This document shows, piece after piece, positions 37,817-52,401 of a stretch of DNA of 64,000 nucleotides. Position numbers and translations under genes: made by a program. Within the stretch, counting starts at the first letter, position 1. Every line of letters begins with the position of its first letter. This DNA is from Amoeboaphelidium protococcarum X5 (taxonomy: Eukaryota; Fungi; Aphelidiomycota), in the NCBI GenBank assembly GCA_023515725.1, contig JALDTO010000181.1, forward strand, positions 186,001-250,000. Direction: 5' to 3'. The notes under the pieces are model-generated. The model was not told the origin of the DNA. It saw nothing but the letters and a program-made list of their open reading frames with translations, and searched no databases.

Positions 37817-39517
37817 TCATATTCTTACAGATTAACGACTTCTATAACGGTTTATTGCCATAATTGATACGCCGCCAATGAAGACGAATCCACTGACAAT
37901 GCCCACAAGTAAAAATACGGCACCTTCTTTCCACACATCAAATAGTATACCACCAACCTTACTGAGGAATAGAATACCAAGACCACCGAATAAACTATAA
38001 CATCCAGCCACACTTCCCCTAATATCAGCAGGTACTCCGGACGTGGCAAGGGACAGTGAGGTCACAATGAGACCAATCTCGGAAAGCCCAATAAATGGCA
38101 TAAGAATAAAGACAGCCTTCTGCAAGGGATTATCCACAAAAAATAGTGATGAGTACGCAGCACATGATATCAATGCAGCCACAGTGAATACCGCCGACTT
38201 AGAATAACGATCAGCCAAGAATCCAAAAAGCGGCGCACCTACTAGAGCACAAGTCTGCGCAATACCACTATATATAGACGCCTTGGTAAATGCTTCACCA
38301 CACTATTTCAGATCATTCATGAATGGAGGTGTTGATGATGATGCTGAATTAATATTCATTTCATTCGCAGCAGGCTTAACTCCACACAAGTTATTCTACC
38401 TGTAATACTTGTTGACCCAGAGCGGCAGGAAGAGCGTGATAATCATAGAGTCTCCTCTTGCAGTGAATCCTCCAAGATAAGCAAGGAGAATATGCGGCTT
38501 CTTGAGACCAAGTTTGAATCCTTCCAACACCAAGGCCCAGAAAGGTCTCTTCTATAGTGACTCTTATTCTAAAGCGCCAACCATTGTACATCCCAATCGT
38601 TCCTCTCTTATAGTACTGATAAGAGGTTCTTTCGCCGAAACTGGACACTAAATATCTTCATTAGACACTTCTACCTCTTATCGATGTTATAAACTACTGT
38701 CTGCGCCTTAATCAGCCGGTAAGTATATTCTCTTCAAGAATCCAAAATCATTTCTATGAGGCTTTAAAGTAAACATTAGCAGGACTCCGGTCACAAGAGA
38801 TATCACGCCAACTACGAGGAAGCTATACTTTAAACTGTTTGTGATGGCTTCCATTTCATTCCCATACTAATCAGCTTTATTATTATAAGAAGAAGCAAGA
38901 AACTTTTATGGTAGGGCCATAAATACAAACGCGCCCAACATGGCTCCAAGTCCAGAGAATAGGCCAACACAACCACTCACTTTACCTTTATCGCCCTCAC
39001 CTACGTAATCCGCAAGAACACCAGTGATCATTGTACTCGATGCAGATGCTCCAATACCAAACGTCAGTCTTAATAATAATAGAGACGGGTACAGCGATGT
39101 AGCCTGAGGGTAGAGACATATTGCAACACCCATAATTAAGAATCCAAGTGAGAATATAACGCGTCTTCCAATCCGGTCAGATAATGATCCCCAAGTGCCC
39201 AGCATTACAATGGAGAGAATCTGATCATAGAGAACCAGATTGGAATTCTCATTTCCACTCTAATCTTCAGGCACCTTTAATATATAGCTGAGCACGTAAG
39301 GCTGCGTGCCATTTAGAAAAACGAATATTGCTATAACAAGCAATGATGCAATGAGGAAGGCGACAAAATTCAGCGCAGTTGTATCCGAGGATAGATTTAT
39401 AAATCCAAGAAATTTTCTGCCAGGCTGGCTCTCTTCATACACTGTAGATTGTTAATCATCACTGCTCTAACTATCTTCCACATCACCGCGAATATTTTTG
39501 TCAGTTTAAACTTCCAT
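37817..39517 (-). CDS. Major facilitator superfamily transporter
   Basis: GTWGSLSDRIGRR (motif A), GFLADRYSK, DIRGSVAGCYS. Many TM helices in one code-6 frame. Confidence 0.9.
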
Positions 39518-40252
39518 TTTTAAATTATAGTATATATCTTTTAAGACAATGATCACGGTAGCTTTCTCCAAAGATAAAATAAGCTGTAATTGTTCGGCGA
39601 CGAAAGAGATGAAAATTTGAATTTGATAAGCATTCGTGATTGCTCAGACTACGATTGGTTAATCAGGTTCAAAGTCTCGCTTCTCATCGATATCATAACT
39701 ATCGATCTTTAAATATTCCGCATTCCTATTGAATTATAATCATCTAGTATCAAATATCAGTCTATTATGTTCCCAATTAGTGCAGGTGTTGCAAAGAACG
39801 AGTTCTTCATTCGCGGTTGACGCGTCACAGAACTGATGATCCGACAAGTCTTGGCTCTGCGCGGTAGAGCTATGGGAGAAATTTGTGTTGATTTCATCTT
39901 TTCTTGTTGTTGTTAGAATAAACTTTTAAAAATAGTCCGTAGTCTGCTAATAGTTCATCAGTCAGAAATAGCGAAAAGGATATATAAGCAGATGCATAGA
40001 TTACAAGTGCAAAGACGCAGAGAGTGTCTCAGGCCATAAAAAGCTAAAGTTTAGCAGGGCAAACTAGGCGCGACGAGATGATGAATGCTTGTTGTGAGTG
40101 AGAAAACTATGATGATGATTGCCCCTGAACATTTAATAACGAGCGAGCGTTGATGAGCAGGGACACGCGCGTAATTGTCAGTCAATTCACTCGAAACGTC
40201 ACAACTTTTATTTATACGTCGAACTTCATCATTATACGCTATCAAGTAAAGT

Positions 40253-41891
40253 ATGGTGTTCTTGTCCAAGCTTATCAGAGGAGAGTAAAGTCAGCTGAGT
40301 CCTAATGATTAGGATTTCATTAATACTACAGTGTATGGGTCTAGATTTGCTGTGAGCGATGTGCCCAAGTATGAGATGCCGGCCACGGAAATGCCAGCGA
40401 ACGTTGCATATAAGCTGATCAAGGATGAGTTGGCTTTGGATGGTAATCCTCTATTAAATCTCGCCTCATTTGTCACCACTTATATGGAAGAGGAAGCTGA
40501 GATGCTGATGACTGAGAATCTAAGCAAGAATTTTATCGATTTCGAAGAGTACCCAGAGACGGCTGATATTCACAGTCGCTGTGTCAACATTGTGGCCAAT
40601 TTGTTCAATGCACCGATCGACACGGCTGAAGGGCATGAGGCTGTAGGTACCAGCACTATTGGTAGTTCTGAGGCTCTGATGTTAAGTGTTCTAGCATTGA
40701 AACGTCGCTGGCAGCAGAGACAAGAGAAGCTGGGTAAAAGTAAAGATAAGCCGAATATGATCATGGGCGCTAATGTTCAGGTTTGTGTTGAGAAGGCTTG
40801 CCGCTACTTTGAGATTGAGGCGCGTCAAGTTCCATGTGAAGAAGGTCAGTTATGCTTAGATCCTCACAAGGCTATCCAGTTAGTCGATGAGAACACTATT
40901 GCTGTTGTTGTGATTCTGGGATCCACCTACACTGGCCATTTTGAGGATGTCAAATTGATGGATAAACTGTTGTAGGAAAAGGCTTAGAAGACTGGTTATG
41001 CAGTTCCCATTCACGTAGATGCTGCTAGTGGTGGATTTGTTGCACCTTTCACCAATCCTGATTTAGAGTGGGACTTTCGCGTCAAATCTGTAGTGTCTAT
41101 TAACGTTTCCGGTCACAAATATGGGTAAATCTATTCTATTTTATATATGATATTTTAGTATACATTTATATCGTGTGTAGGTTAGCTTATCCTGGAGTCG
41201 GATGGTGTATTTGGAGAAGTAAAGAGTATCTGCCGGAAGATTTGGTCTTCCACATCAATTACCTTGGTGCTGATTAGGCGTCGTTCACTCTAAACTTTTC
41301 AAAGAGTGCCTCCAATGTCATTAGTCAGTACTACACTTTCATTAGATACGGTCGCGAGGGGTACAAGTTGATTTTAAATAATTTGGTTATTGTCGCTGAT
41401 CACTTGGCCAAATGCTTAGTAGATATGGGAATATTTGAGATTATGTCTCCAGAGAAATGTAAAGGTTTGCCTCTAGTTGCCTGGAGAATCCGTCCTGATG
41501 TAATTAAGCACTGGAATGAATTTGATCTGGCTGCCAAGTTGCGCGAACACTCTTGGATCATTCCAGCGTATACCATGTGCGATAATGTGAAGCATATTAA
41601 GTTGTGCAGAGTTGTTGTGCGTGAAGATTTCACGATGAGTCGCTGTCACATCCTGGTTAAGCATATTAACATGTGCGTCAAATAGCTGGTAAGATTATTA
41701 TCGGTTCCAACATCTGTTTGTCACTATTAATGTTCACATTTGTATTTTTTGTGTAGGATGAGACCAATAAGGAGGCTCTAGATGCAGTACAGCGTAAAAT
41801 TGCAAATAAATGGAAGTTCAATGCCAGTTCTTGGCGTCATAAAGATGTAAAAGCTGTGGTGGACGTTGATGGTGGATCTTCAGTATGTTGA
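40253..41891 (+). CDS. GAD1: Glutamate decarboxylase (PLP-dependent)
   Basis: [53 protein letters not shown]. Introns 41125-41180 and about 41689-41756. Confidence 0.96.
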
Positions 41892-42380
41892 TCAATTTGC
41901 TCGGACGTTATAAGAAAATAACGAATTATGCAAGTCGTGCTCCAGGGAATTTAGATTGTAACTTTTATAATCTTACTGTTATGGTAAAGCTGTCCCGGCT
42001 TACGCACTTATATTGATTTGCCTTTGTAATAAACCGTTTTGAGTGAGAACTCCCTTTCAACTTTGATTTTACAGTACAAAGATATTTATTTGCTCACAGC
42101 TTGTTTCAAAGTTCAAAGAATTCAAATATATATATATTTATCACGGAGTGTCTATAGGTAGATTGCCAATTGAAATCCTTATATAATGTTAAGACTCGAA
42201 TTTTTGCCTATTTGGTCTGATCGATGTAAATGAAACTTGTTTTATGATTAGCGTTAAGTTACATGCCTCTCCAATAGGTACGTTTCAGTGAATATACTGC
42301 GGTTTCAACATAGGTTACATTTAATTTGAGTTAAACATAATAATGACAACTTTCACGTGCATCATCCATATTTTGACTAT

Positions 42381-42434
42381 GATACTTACAATAGACATTT
42401 CGTCTACGATACTTACAATAGACATTTTGTCTAC
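42381..42434 (+). repeat. 27-bp tandem repeat, 2 copies, intergenic
   Basis: gatacttacaatagacatttcgtctac / gatacttacaatagacattttgtctac. Confidence 0.85.
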
Positions 42435-42548
42435 GATGTTAACTTTACACAACTATGCGGGATAGAGATAGGGACATCAAGAGATTGAAATAGGTAAAGA
42501 AATGATTGAAAGCGCGTAGTTAACAAATTTAATGATAGTAGAATATAG

Positions 42549-42974
42549 TCACTATCTATTGATACTATTCTACGACTGCATTATATTCTAGCGACTGCCG
42601 TTGTACGCAGACTTACTTATATATGGCATTAGCGTCTGCCTCTTGTTTTCCATCATCGCAATGAAACTGCTACCGAATCCACGCTCTTTAGTAGCATTCT
42701 GATTCTGAGACGGGCTAAAGTCATCGTACACGTTGTCTCGAGCACGGCGCGGCCTCTAATCTTCAGCATGTTTCACAGCCAGCTAATGTCCAACTATGGC
42801 ACCAACAATTGAGAATACCACTATCAAAGCAACCGCCGTGCCAATGAAGCCAAATGAACCTATATCAAATTCAATAGATCCCAAGTACACGGTTGAACTG
42901 GTTGAATTTGAGCTTTGTGCGTCAACAAAATTTGATGCGCACAGTATGCTCAGCACCGCCAAGAGATTATTCAT
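42549..42974 (-). CDS. Small single-pass (type I) membrane protein of unknown function, 141 aa
   Basis: Signal peptide MNNLLAVLSILCASNFVDA, S/T-rich stalk, TM FGFIGTAVALIVVFSIVGAIVG, polar tail, TGA stop. Confidence 0.65.
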
Positions 42975-43251
42975 TCTAACAGTATTGTGGCTTTATTTCA
43001 GCCTTTAATCATGCATGATTAATAAAAAAGAGAAGAACGCTGTAGTAGGAAAAGTGATAATTTATTTATAGCCCACTATTCAGCCGCATCATGCTAGCAT
43101 CAATCAAGTCGACGGTGATCAGTCAGGACCACAATGAAACAAACGAGACGAGGCGTGGCTTTTAACTTCAAGTACAGCAATAAACATACAAGTCATCGAA
43201 TTTAACTATTATAGGTTTTTGTATGAAAGTAATTTTTGAAACACCACGATA

Positions 43252-44853
43252 TCACTTTTTCTGACACGAAATGAACTCCTTCTTAAAAGGAGTGCTAGAT
43301 AGGCCTAAAGACTCTACCACGGTGTAGAATTCATCTGTTCTCTTATTGAGAAAGAAGCATACTCTTGACTTTAATTCTCTCAGCACCGCCTCCACCTTCT
43401 TTACAGATTCTTCATACTCCAAGTCACTGCCCATTTCTTATTGCGCGTATTGATCGTAATCTGTACGCAGTTATTCTACAATATACTTTCGAATGTGACG
43501 CGGGTGGAACTTCTCAATTAGATCCTATTAGGCAGAGACACCGTAAGTCAGTTTAATACCGACAAATTTCAGTACTTTACTCACACCATTCCAGGCATTG
43601 CTTCCATCGATGGATGAAGCTGGTAAAATAAGCCAGTTTTTAGGATTTGGGAAAAACTTTAGCCAAAGTTTTATCTAATCAGCATAAATGGACCGCCCCA
43701 GATAAGCACCTTCTAACGCCATATGCAAATGGATAACATCATGCTCCATCAGCTTAGAGTCGGCATTTATCTTTAGAGATTGAGGTAACATACATCGAAC
43801 TGTGGTGTCTTTCATCATGTCCTAGACCGAATCTGGCGTGGGAACACCACTTAGAACAGGTCTGGCAATCTGATAACATTTCTCCAACTCTAAAGTCTCT
43901 TTTATGAACACATCTCTCATCTTTTGAGCAAAATCCATGGCCAATTCTGCCACTTTACGCCGTCTGAGCTATACTGACTCTCCCGCAGCTTCAACCAATT
44001 GATTGAAACAATCTTACGTGCTCCATGCAGACTGGGTGTCACATGTGGTCGCCTACCACTTCATGTTGAATGCTGAAACTGCTCTTTCGTACGGATCTCT
44101 TACCAACACTATAATCTTCGCTGATGGCACAAAGAGAGATGCAAAGAACGGTGCTAATGGATTAGCCAAGTAATTAGGTACAGCTTCACCGCGAATTTGT
44201 TCATCACCATTTAAGCAACTCACGAACTAGGAATCATACCATTCAAACATGCCATTTAAATCATTCACACCACCAGGTACCCAGTAGCCGTCGTGATACT
44301 TGCTGTAGTTTTTCGCAGTAAGCATAAGCGGTAGAATAGCACTGAACACGTCCAACTCTTTACGGAATTGCGGCATTGATACAACACTGCCACCTACGCT
44401 ACTGCTCCTCTCAGACTAGTACTTCTGGACGTCTTGCAGGTAAGCGCTGATAGATGATGTTCCGCTCTTCTATGCGCCAATGATCAGGAAACGTGTCGGA
44501 CATTGCATATGATAAGACATACTGCTGTGGTTCAACATTAATGCAAAATTCTGAATTAAAGGAGGCAGATCTTGACCTGTGCTTTATAAGCTATTCTTAA
44601 ACTACAGCACCTTCTAGCGGTAATATTCATCACCATCATCGCTCATACGAAAGTTTCTCCTTTCAAAAGCTTTTCTACTACTCTAGACAACACGGTCGCC
44701 ACCCTCAGAAGTTCTATATTGATCCACTGCGCGACCATGAAACAAGGCCTAACCATACTGACTGAGAGAGCTCCTACCGACAAGTAGCACCAGGAGAAAG
44801 CTAACAAATAAAACTATTTTAATAACCGTCAAAGCTCGTCTTTTTAAAGCCAT
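43252..44853 (-). CDS. Type II membrane (Golgi) sulfotransferase, heparan-sulfate sulfotransferase-like fold
   Basis: N-terminal TM; 5'-PSB PTRFLIIGAQKSGTSS (Q=TAG); KELDVF; GEAVPNY; 3'-PB KIIVLVRDPYERAVSAF. Confidence 0.85.
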
Positions 44854-45077
44854 ACGGTAATTTAATGGGCGAAAGTGTCTCTATGTACTAGGAAAGGTGG
44901 CGATTGGAAGTAAACTACCTGAGAGCCACGCACGCATGATCTGAAGTTTCAATATTTGTTCAGCCACACTTCAGTCCCTCTTACAATTGGAAAGTTGTAC
45001 TAATTAAAATATAAAGCTTATCAAAAGACACGATTTCTATTTGTGACGAGGAATCAAAAAGCACAATTGTAGATAAA

Positions 45078-46208
45078 TCATGAAGTGTATTCAGAGGGCA
45101 TAATGTCACCTTCAATGCCAGTGATAAGGTTTCTCACAGCCAGATCTGACATCATCTCGCGCGTCTCAATCGTAGCACTACTAATATGTGGTAATACTAA
45201 GACTTTACCTCTATCAATCATATCGATTAGAGGATGATTACGTGGAAGAGGTTCAGGGTCAGTAACATCCAGAGCAGCTCCAGCAATAGTTCCCTTTTGC
45301 AGAGCTTGTACCAGACTGTCAGTGTCCACGATTCCACCCCTTGCGCAATTGATCAGAACAGCACTTGATTTCATGAGGGAGAAAGCCTCACTGTTAAATA
45401 CCTGGCAAGTTTTATAATTGAAGGCACTAGTAATAATCACCACATCTGATTTCTATAATAACTCAACAAAGTCCACTTTTCTCACTTCATTCAACTGAAA
45501 ATACTAGCCGATAGTCTTGAGTCGTTCTTCGACATTCTACTTGCTCCATGTCGTACATTCATCAACTTCAGTTGAAGATTGATGGTCAGCATCAACACCG
45601 AAGCGAGAGCCAGCAGTAGAGTCGCTGTTTAAAGACAATGACGATGAAGAGTCCGTGTATAAGATACTACCCACGCCAAAAGCCAGCAATCTCTCAGCCG
45701 CAGCTTACCCAATTCTTCCCATACCAAAGATTCCAACAGTGATACCAGTCAACTGATGACCACACATCCAAATGGGATCAAAAGAGCTAAATGACGCGGT
45801 GGTAACACTCTTCACAGCCTCCATGAATCGACGATAGTGAGCAAGTAGAAGAGCGACACACAGGTCAGCACAAGCATCTGTCAGAACATCAGGTGTATAT
45901 CCAACTCGAACATTTTTATTCGGTCCATTATCGCCACGCTAAAACTGAATATGGTCAACACCAACACTCAGGGAAGAGACAACCTTCAATTGAGGACCAC
46001 ACTCGCGTATCAGCTCATCATCAATCTTATCGTTGATTACACACAAAAGACCAGCAGCCCCCTTCACCTGTCTGAGTAGTTCACTTCTGCTCATTGCACA
46101 ATTCGCCGTGTGTTAAACTAAATCATACCGATCCCTCAGCGATTCCAACTTCTTCTAAGCATATGGTGTAAGCTTACGCGTAACCACAATTTTCTACTTG
46201 GATGACAT
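45078..46208 (-). CDS. GRHPR: Glyoxylate/hydroxypyruvate reductase (D-2-hydroxyacid dehydrogenase)
   Basis: SLSVGVDH, VGYTPDVLTDACAD, VGIFGMGRIG, INCARGGIVD, AALDVTDPEPL, LPHISSAT. Confidence 0.92.
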
Positions 46209-46419
46209 TATTACTTTATCTCTTGTAGTTAGTATAACGAATCTCTTAACTAATAAATCTCACCAAGCCAATCTCGCTTTCTCTTTTCCCTTTGAAAGAT
46301 CCTTCAGCGAGATCAGTGATTACTGAGAGGGGCACTTGGTGGATATTCTAATCTATCTCATTTTAGTATCTTATTTTACTCTCTGCATTATAAAATATAA
46401 GAAAGCGGCGAAAGATTAA

Positions 46420-48213
46420 ATGTCAGGACATCAATTGCAGTAATGGAGGTAGAGTTGTCTCGCTTGTTAGAATATACCTGGTGTTGGAATAGCCACTCTC
46501 TGGCCGTGTCTCTTTGGAATAGACTTGAAGCAGAAGCGTGCATAATACCGTAAAACTAAGAGCGAACTTAACGACAAATTATCTAATGATAGTGATGCTA
46601 ATGCTATCGATGATCCGCTATCTGATGACATTTCATCTAAATGGAATATGCAACATCAGCATGATCAACTCCGTGAGACTATTCTACTGGACGTGACCAG
46701 GACATTTCCCGATTTCAATTTCTTTAGGCTGGATTAAACTCATTAGTTGATGGTGGAGATTCTATTTACATGGTGTATATTGCGATATAGTAATAATGAT
46801 AAGGATATCGCTGGTAACAATAACAATAGTGTTGTTGACAAAGATTTCGGATATAGACAAGGTATGCATGAGATTCTGGCCCCAATATTATTCCATCTAG
46901 ATTTGGAGCAGCGTGTCGCGGGTGAGGGAGACGAGGCTTTGGATTTAGAAGCTGATGGTTTTGTTCTATTTGATTAGTTGATGCAAAGTCTATCTGCTCT
47001 GTACAATTATCATTGTAATAATAACAGTTAGACATATCCAGCGAATGCCTCATTCTCCACTAGAAGTAATCATAATGCTTTGAAGGGAGACATTGAAGTT
47101 GAACAGTTACCCTTTTAGAATTAAAAAACTGGCGGTGGTATTAATAAATAGAAAACTTTGTTATTAGAGACGTGTGATCGAATTTAGAAATAGTATCTGC
47201 GTCTGCTTGATCCAGAACTTTATCAAGTGATAGTTTAGAATTAGATTGAACCTTCGATATATATGATTCGATGGTTGAAGTTGCTATTTGGACGTGAAAT
47301 CTCGTTTGAATTGATTCCCATTCTATGGAGTGCTCTGATAGCTGATAATTGCTCTAATCTTTTGAGTCTTAGTGAATGGATTTGTATCTCTTTAATACTG
47401 ATTAATCGAGATGTATTGATTTAGTTTAAAGATGATCAGATTATGGTTATGCAGATTTTGATGAAGAGTAAAGAAGTGTTGGATGTCGAGTTATTGGTTT
47501 AGAATGCTCTGATGTACAGAGATTAATACTTATCACTTGACATGACTAAATTTAAGCCTATAGATTATAAACCGGCCGCTGAGAGACGAAAACCGGTGTA
47601 ACAATAAGAATCGTCGTAGAATAGAACTGATGTTTGGCAAAGTACATAAGAATTGCTGTAGAATGCTGTAAGAAAGACATTGGTAGAGCCGCTGCTACTG
47701 GGAGGCTCACGAAAAACTGTGACTGGTAAAGCTACGTTGTCAGATGGACGCGCATCTGCTGCCATTGAACGTCTCTAATTGTAGCCATCGCCTCCGATAG
47801 ATGCTCGAACTACACACAATATCAGAGTCATAGATCCAGTAATTGTGTAAGATAGCTGTGAGCAATTGCGATCGTAGATTGTAGCAGTGGAGTAGATTGT
47901 TCAGGATATTCGAATTGGTTCTGATAAAGAGTAGATCATTGCTGCTTTAGAAAGTCATTGTACATCATTGAAATCAATTTTGCGTAATTTATCTTCAGAG
48001 GGAGACAATGATAGCGTTAGTGAAGATGTATCACATTAGAATGGCAGTGTTGGATCTTCAATGCCATTCAAGACTGCTGCATCTTCTCCAAACAATGGCT
48101 AAAAGAAGTAAAATGGCGGTATCTATCCAAGTTCTATTGAAGATATTACAAGAGAAGTGAACAGCAAGAGTAGCAACTCTCCTGCCAAATCAAGGCTGTT
48201 CAACTTACTTTGA
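46420..48213 (+). CDS. TBC1D5: TBC-domain RabGAP, TBC1D5-like
   Basis: DDPLS, ILLDVTRTFPD, YRQGMHEILAP, LEADGFVLF, IRWLKLLFGRE. Confidence 0.85.
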
Positions 48214-48280
48214 TAGTAGCCATATTACATACATTTTGTAGAATAGAGATACAAACTTTATTATGTCATTCACATTATTC

Positions 48281-51200
48281 TCATTGTTAACATGACCGCT
48301 TGTGCTTTAGAATATCCACAGGTTTCAAATAGAGAAGTTATTGACAACTAGAGCACTGATACTCTCGACATCCTTTCGGTACACCAGTAATAGGTGGCTA
48401 TTATTATGAACCTGTCTAGGATACAATTTACTAATCATCAGCGTACGTCTCTGGCTATTAATACTGCTTCTGCTAAAGTTATTAGTTTAATTGACACTAC
48501 ACCAAGTGCTTCTTAACAAACTTTTCTTAAACCATATAATCTTTACAGCATATGGGACAAGTCCACGCAGATCGAGTGTTTGCCATTTGACCAATTTGGC
48601 TCGTCGTGCCAACCTTTGCCTTGGCGCGTTTACCCTTCTAGGATGATTACTACTAGAATTAGGACCCGTTAGTATCCAAATCATCGCTACCACCACTAAC
48701 AGTGCGAGGAAATTGAAGTGTGCCATAATTAAGGTATTCTGTCACACGGTATCCATATTTCAGAGCTTCAGGATTAGAAATCTGTTATAAAACTTAAACC
48801 ACTTCCTTCGATGGACAATCAGATGGATAAAGAAGATCGACATCTTATGGCCTTAGAATATCCACCGAGTACTTGACCTTCATTCTCTCCATTATTACGT
48901 CCATTGCCATAAATCTATCCAGTATAGACATTAAATCTTGTAATTGTACTCTGCTCAGATTATCCCAAAGTTTCAGGTGAACATCCAACAGTTGTTATGG
49001 TAGATATTGGTACATCTCCTGAGGAATGGGATCAATTTATGAACGCTTTTACATCGAGGATGTACCACTGTAAACCTAGTTAATCTTGATTTACGACAAC
49101 TTCTCATCTGTCAAGCTCTATAAACAGGAACGAGCCTCAGCAGTCAATTGCAATAGTTTCAAGACGCATTCACGAATGTTCAATCGATCCTACTATAATT
49201 AATCCACATCCACTATAGATTGGACATTCATGCGACGATCATTCGTAAAAGTGACGACAATCCATTCATCAAATACGACATGAGATAGGGCGGTATTAGG
49301 ATCAATACTCTGACAGAATAGGAGCAGAGTTTATAACGCGGCAGCTTTGTATACATTTACCAAAAACGGCCGCCTAGTCTCCAGGACATTGAGATAACAT
49401 AGAATTTCATGTTGCACTTGCTGATTAGGAAACTACTACTAAATTGATGACCCTTCTGAAGAGCGCTTATCCAAACTATCCATCAGCTAAGAGCGATCGA
49501 AATCCATTGCAGCCATATCGACGTTGTCCTCTTCAAGATTCATTGGAGATAAATTACTATTACTATTGACACTTTATTATTACTAATAGGACTTACCAGT
49601 ATTAGTAGGAGCACTCAACCGCATGAGAGCAGTATTATCTTAAGCAAATGTTCCACCAGGATGCATGACTAGCCGCTTTCGATGCTGCGAGTGATAAACG
49701 CGATTCTGCAAACCTCTTGCTTAATTCCCACTGTCTGGAATGGCAACATTGGGATACAATCCACTTGATAACACAAACTTCAATATATTCACACTCTCGT
49801 CAGTGATAGTATTCTTATCATAAAGATTCAAATCTTGAGCATACTTGTCCACATTTAACTTGTACGCGAATTCTAGCGAATGATAATCTTCAGCCTCAAG
49901 CTCAGCATCTACATCAGAGGAGGTGTCGTTCTACTGTTTATTATTCTGACTATCTCCGACTTCTCCTTCGTCCTCCTTTGCCGCAGACTGCTATACCAGT
50001 GAGGAAGAAGACTATCAAGAAGCATATTTCTGCCTTTACATCAAACTCTGCAAGACGCGCTTCTCCGCATTTTATCGCTGATACTTGTCGCGAACATTTA
50101 AATACGTTCTCAGAATCTGTCTATACTAATGGACCAATTTGGATATCTCATACAATCGGTACTCATTAACACCATTGAGCTTACACCATTTCTAACTGGT
50201 GGTAGATGAATTTTAATGTTTTGTACTCAACCACTGAATATAAACATTAAGCAGTGTAAACGGATCCCCATGCAGAGAGTAGAGAGATGATCTACTGGCA
50301 ACCTATTCCGGAGTCAAATCAGCCGCGTTGAGAAGTGGCGACTATTGAAGAGATAGAGCAGCAGCCGTGATCAGCACAGGCTCCACCACGTCAAACACGG
50401 AGCTCATTAGTAGCATTTTACCAATAATGACATCCACGGGTAGCATGGCGAGCATATGTCCGATCGGTGTTAATTGCCCGACTGAATCCAGAGCACCAAC
50501 TCCATGCAGCAGCTTTAATGAATAATCTATATGATCGATAGGCGGTGGCTCTACAAACTAGAAATTATACGGATCAATCCCAAGATCCATCTTTTTCATG
50601 CTCAAAATCACCTAGTCGAGGGATACTCTCATAATCTCTGGCACTGTATACTCATTCAGCCCCTCATACTCTTCCTCAGAGTACAAGCGAAAACAATATC
50701 CACTCTGAGTTCTACCTGCTCTACCTGCTCTCTACTTGGCCGAGGCTTGAGATATCCAAAACTCTGATAATTTAGACAGACGGCTCTGCAGGTCATAATC
50801 CATCTCTCTCGCAGTACCAGAATCAATGACGAATCGCACACCATCAATAGTGATACTGGTCTCTGCAATATTAGTGGAAATGATGCATTTGCGGGCACCA
50901 GGTGGACACTAGACAAACACCTTGTCTTGATCCGAGATTGACATAGCACTGTGCAGCTTCAACGGTATCCACACGCCATTTTCGTCAGCGTACTGCTTGA
51001 CTTTATTGTACAGTTTATTGATCTCCGCCACACCAGGCAAAAATATCAACAGATCACCACTTTCATCAATGGGAACATCTGATTCGATCCATTTAAGAAT
51101 CTCCAAGCAATGATTGGGATCAAATGCTTTATTCTAAGCTGGTATAGATTCTGGAATCCGCTATGAACGTCTTTACTATACCACTTTCCTATCTGTCAAC

Positions 51201-52204
51201 TGCGCGTCCTCAGTTTAGTCACCTGGTGCCAAGTACAAAATATCGACTGGGTGCAGTCGACCAGGAACTTCAATCAATGGCGCACTATCAAAATACTACT
51301 AGAATAGCTCAGCATTGATAGTGGCAGACATCAAAATCACCTTTAGATCCTTCCTCTTCTGACATATCAACTTTATGACACCAAGAAGGAAATCACAATT
51401 CAGGTGACGCTCATGCACCTCGTCTATAATCACAACATTACACTGAGATAGTAGAGGATCACCATACATTTACTTAATCAAGATACCCTCAGTGACAAAA
51501 AGAATCTGAGTAGCCTCCGATCTATCACTCTCAAACCTGATCTGAAATCCAACCTCAGACTATAGAGTGTTCATACACTCATACTAGACGCGTTTACATA
51601 GAGACATGGCGGCAATTCTACGTGGCTGCGTCACTACAATTCTCTCAAATCCAGCCTCGCGGATATACTGCGGTACCTGGGTACTTTTACCAGCAGCAGT
51701 CTGAGCACTTATAACACAGATTTAATTCTCTTTAATCATATCGATGATCTATTACTTGTATTAACATATAGGTAGGTTACGTCTACACTCGGCAATTGAG
51801 TCTCTACTCTCCTGAAGCTGCTCCATCTTGAACTCTTTATATAGATCTAAGCATTACCGGACGCGCCCCATCTCTGTAGGAGGCACATTGACTTTCAACT
51901 CTCCCAGTCCTTAATCATCAGATAAATTGTACAGATAGCGTTCGTAAAACTCTTGAAACTCGTAATACTCGGCAGAATTATATTTAACCTCAGACTGCTG
52001 GGATTAGAATAGTTCTCTATCTATCTGTTGAGACCAAGGCATCTAATCTCCCTTCATCCACTAGCGCTTCCTGCGTTCCCTTTAACGTCCCATGGTGATA
52101 TTAGCTGTTGTTGTTCTACTCCCAGCCTAGCCATCCTATTTCACCTTGATGTACACTTTTGATCCATCTGGTAGATATCTAAATTCTTATTATTAATCCT
52201 CCAT
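48281..52204 (-). CDS. DHX34: DEAH-box RNA helicase DHX34-like, about 1300 aa
   Basis: [60 protein letters not shown]; C-terminal WTCPIC and [19 protein letters not shown] zinc-finger-like motifs. Confidence 0.9.
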
Positions 52205-52401
52205 TCTATTCTTCGAAATATGAAAACTTTCTAATTACTAGAATTTATGGTTTTAACAGTGAGAACAAGGTGAAGATTGGGGAAAGAAGATGGGCAGATC
52301 TCTCTCTGGTCTTTCATAGTAAAAATATGACTCCAAAATCTTATCGATTGACCAATATCTATTTATATAAATAACAGAATATACTAAGCGCTTAGACAGA
52401 G

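Noticed and set aside
42381-42434. 27-bp and 24-bp (36068-36115) repeats as a CRISPR-like array
   Set aside because: Adjacent tandem copies with no spacers.
48292-49089. Long plus-strand code-6 frame after TBC1D5
   Set aside because: Lies antisense to the conserved DHX34 C-terminus and has an internal TGA.
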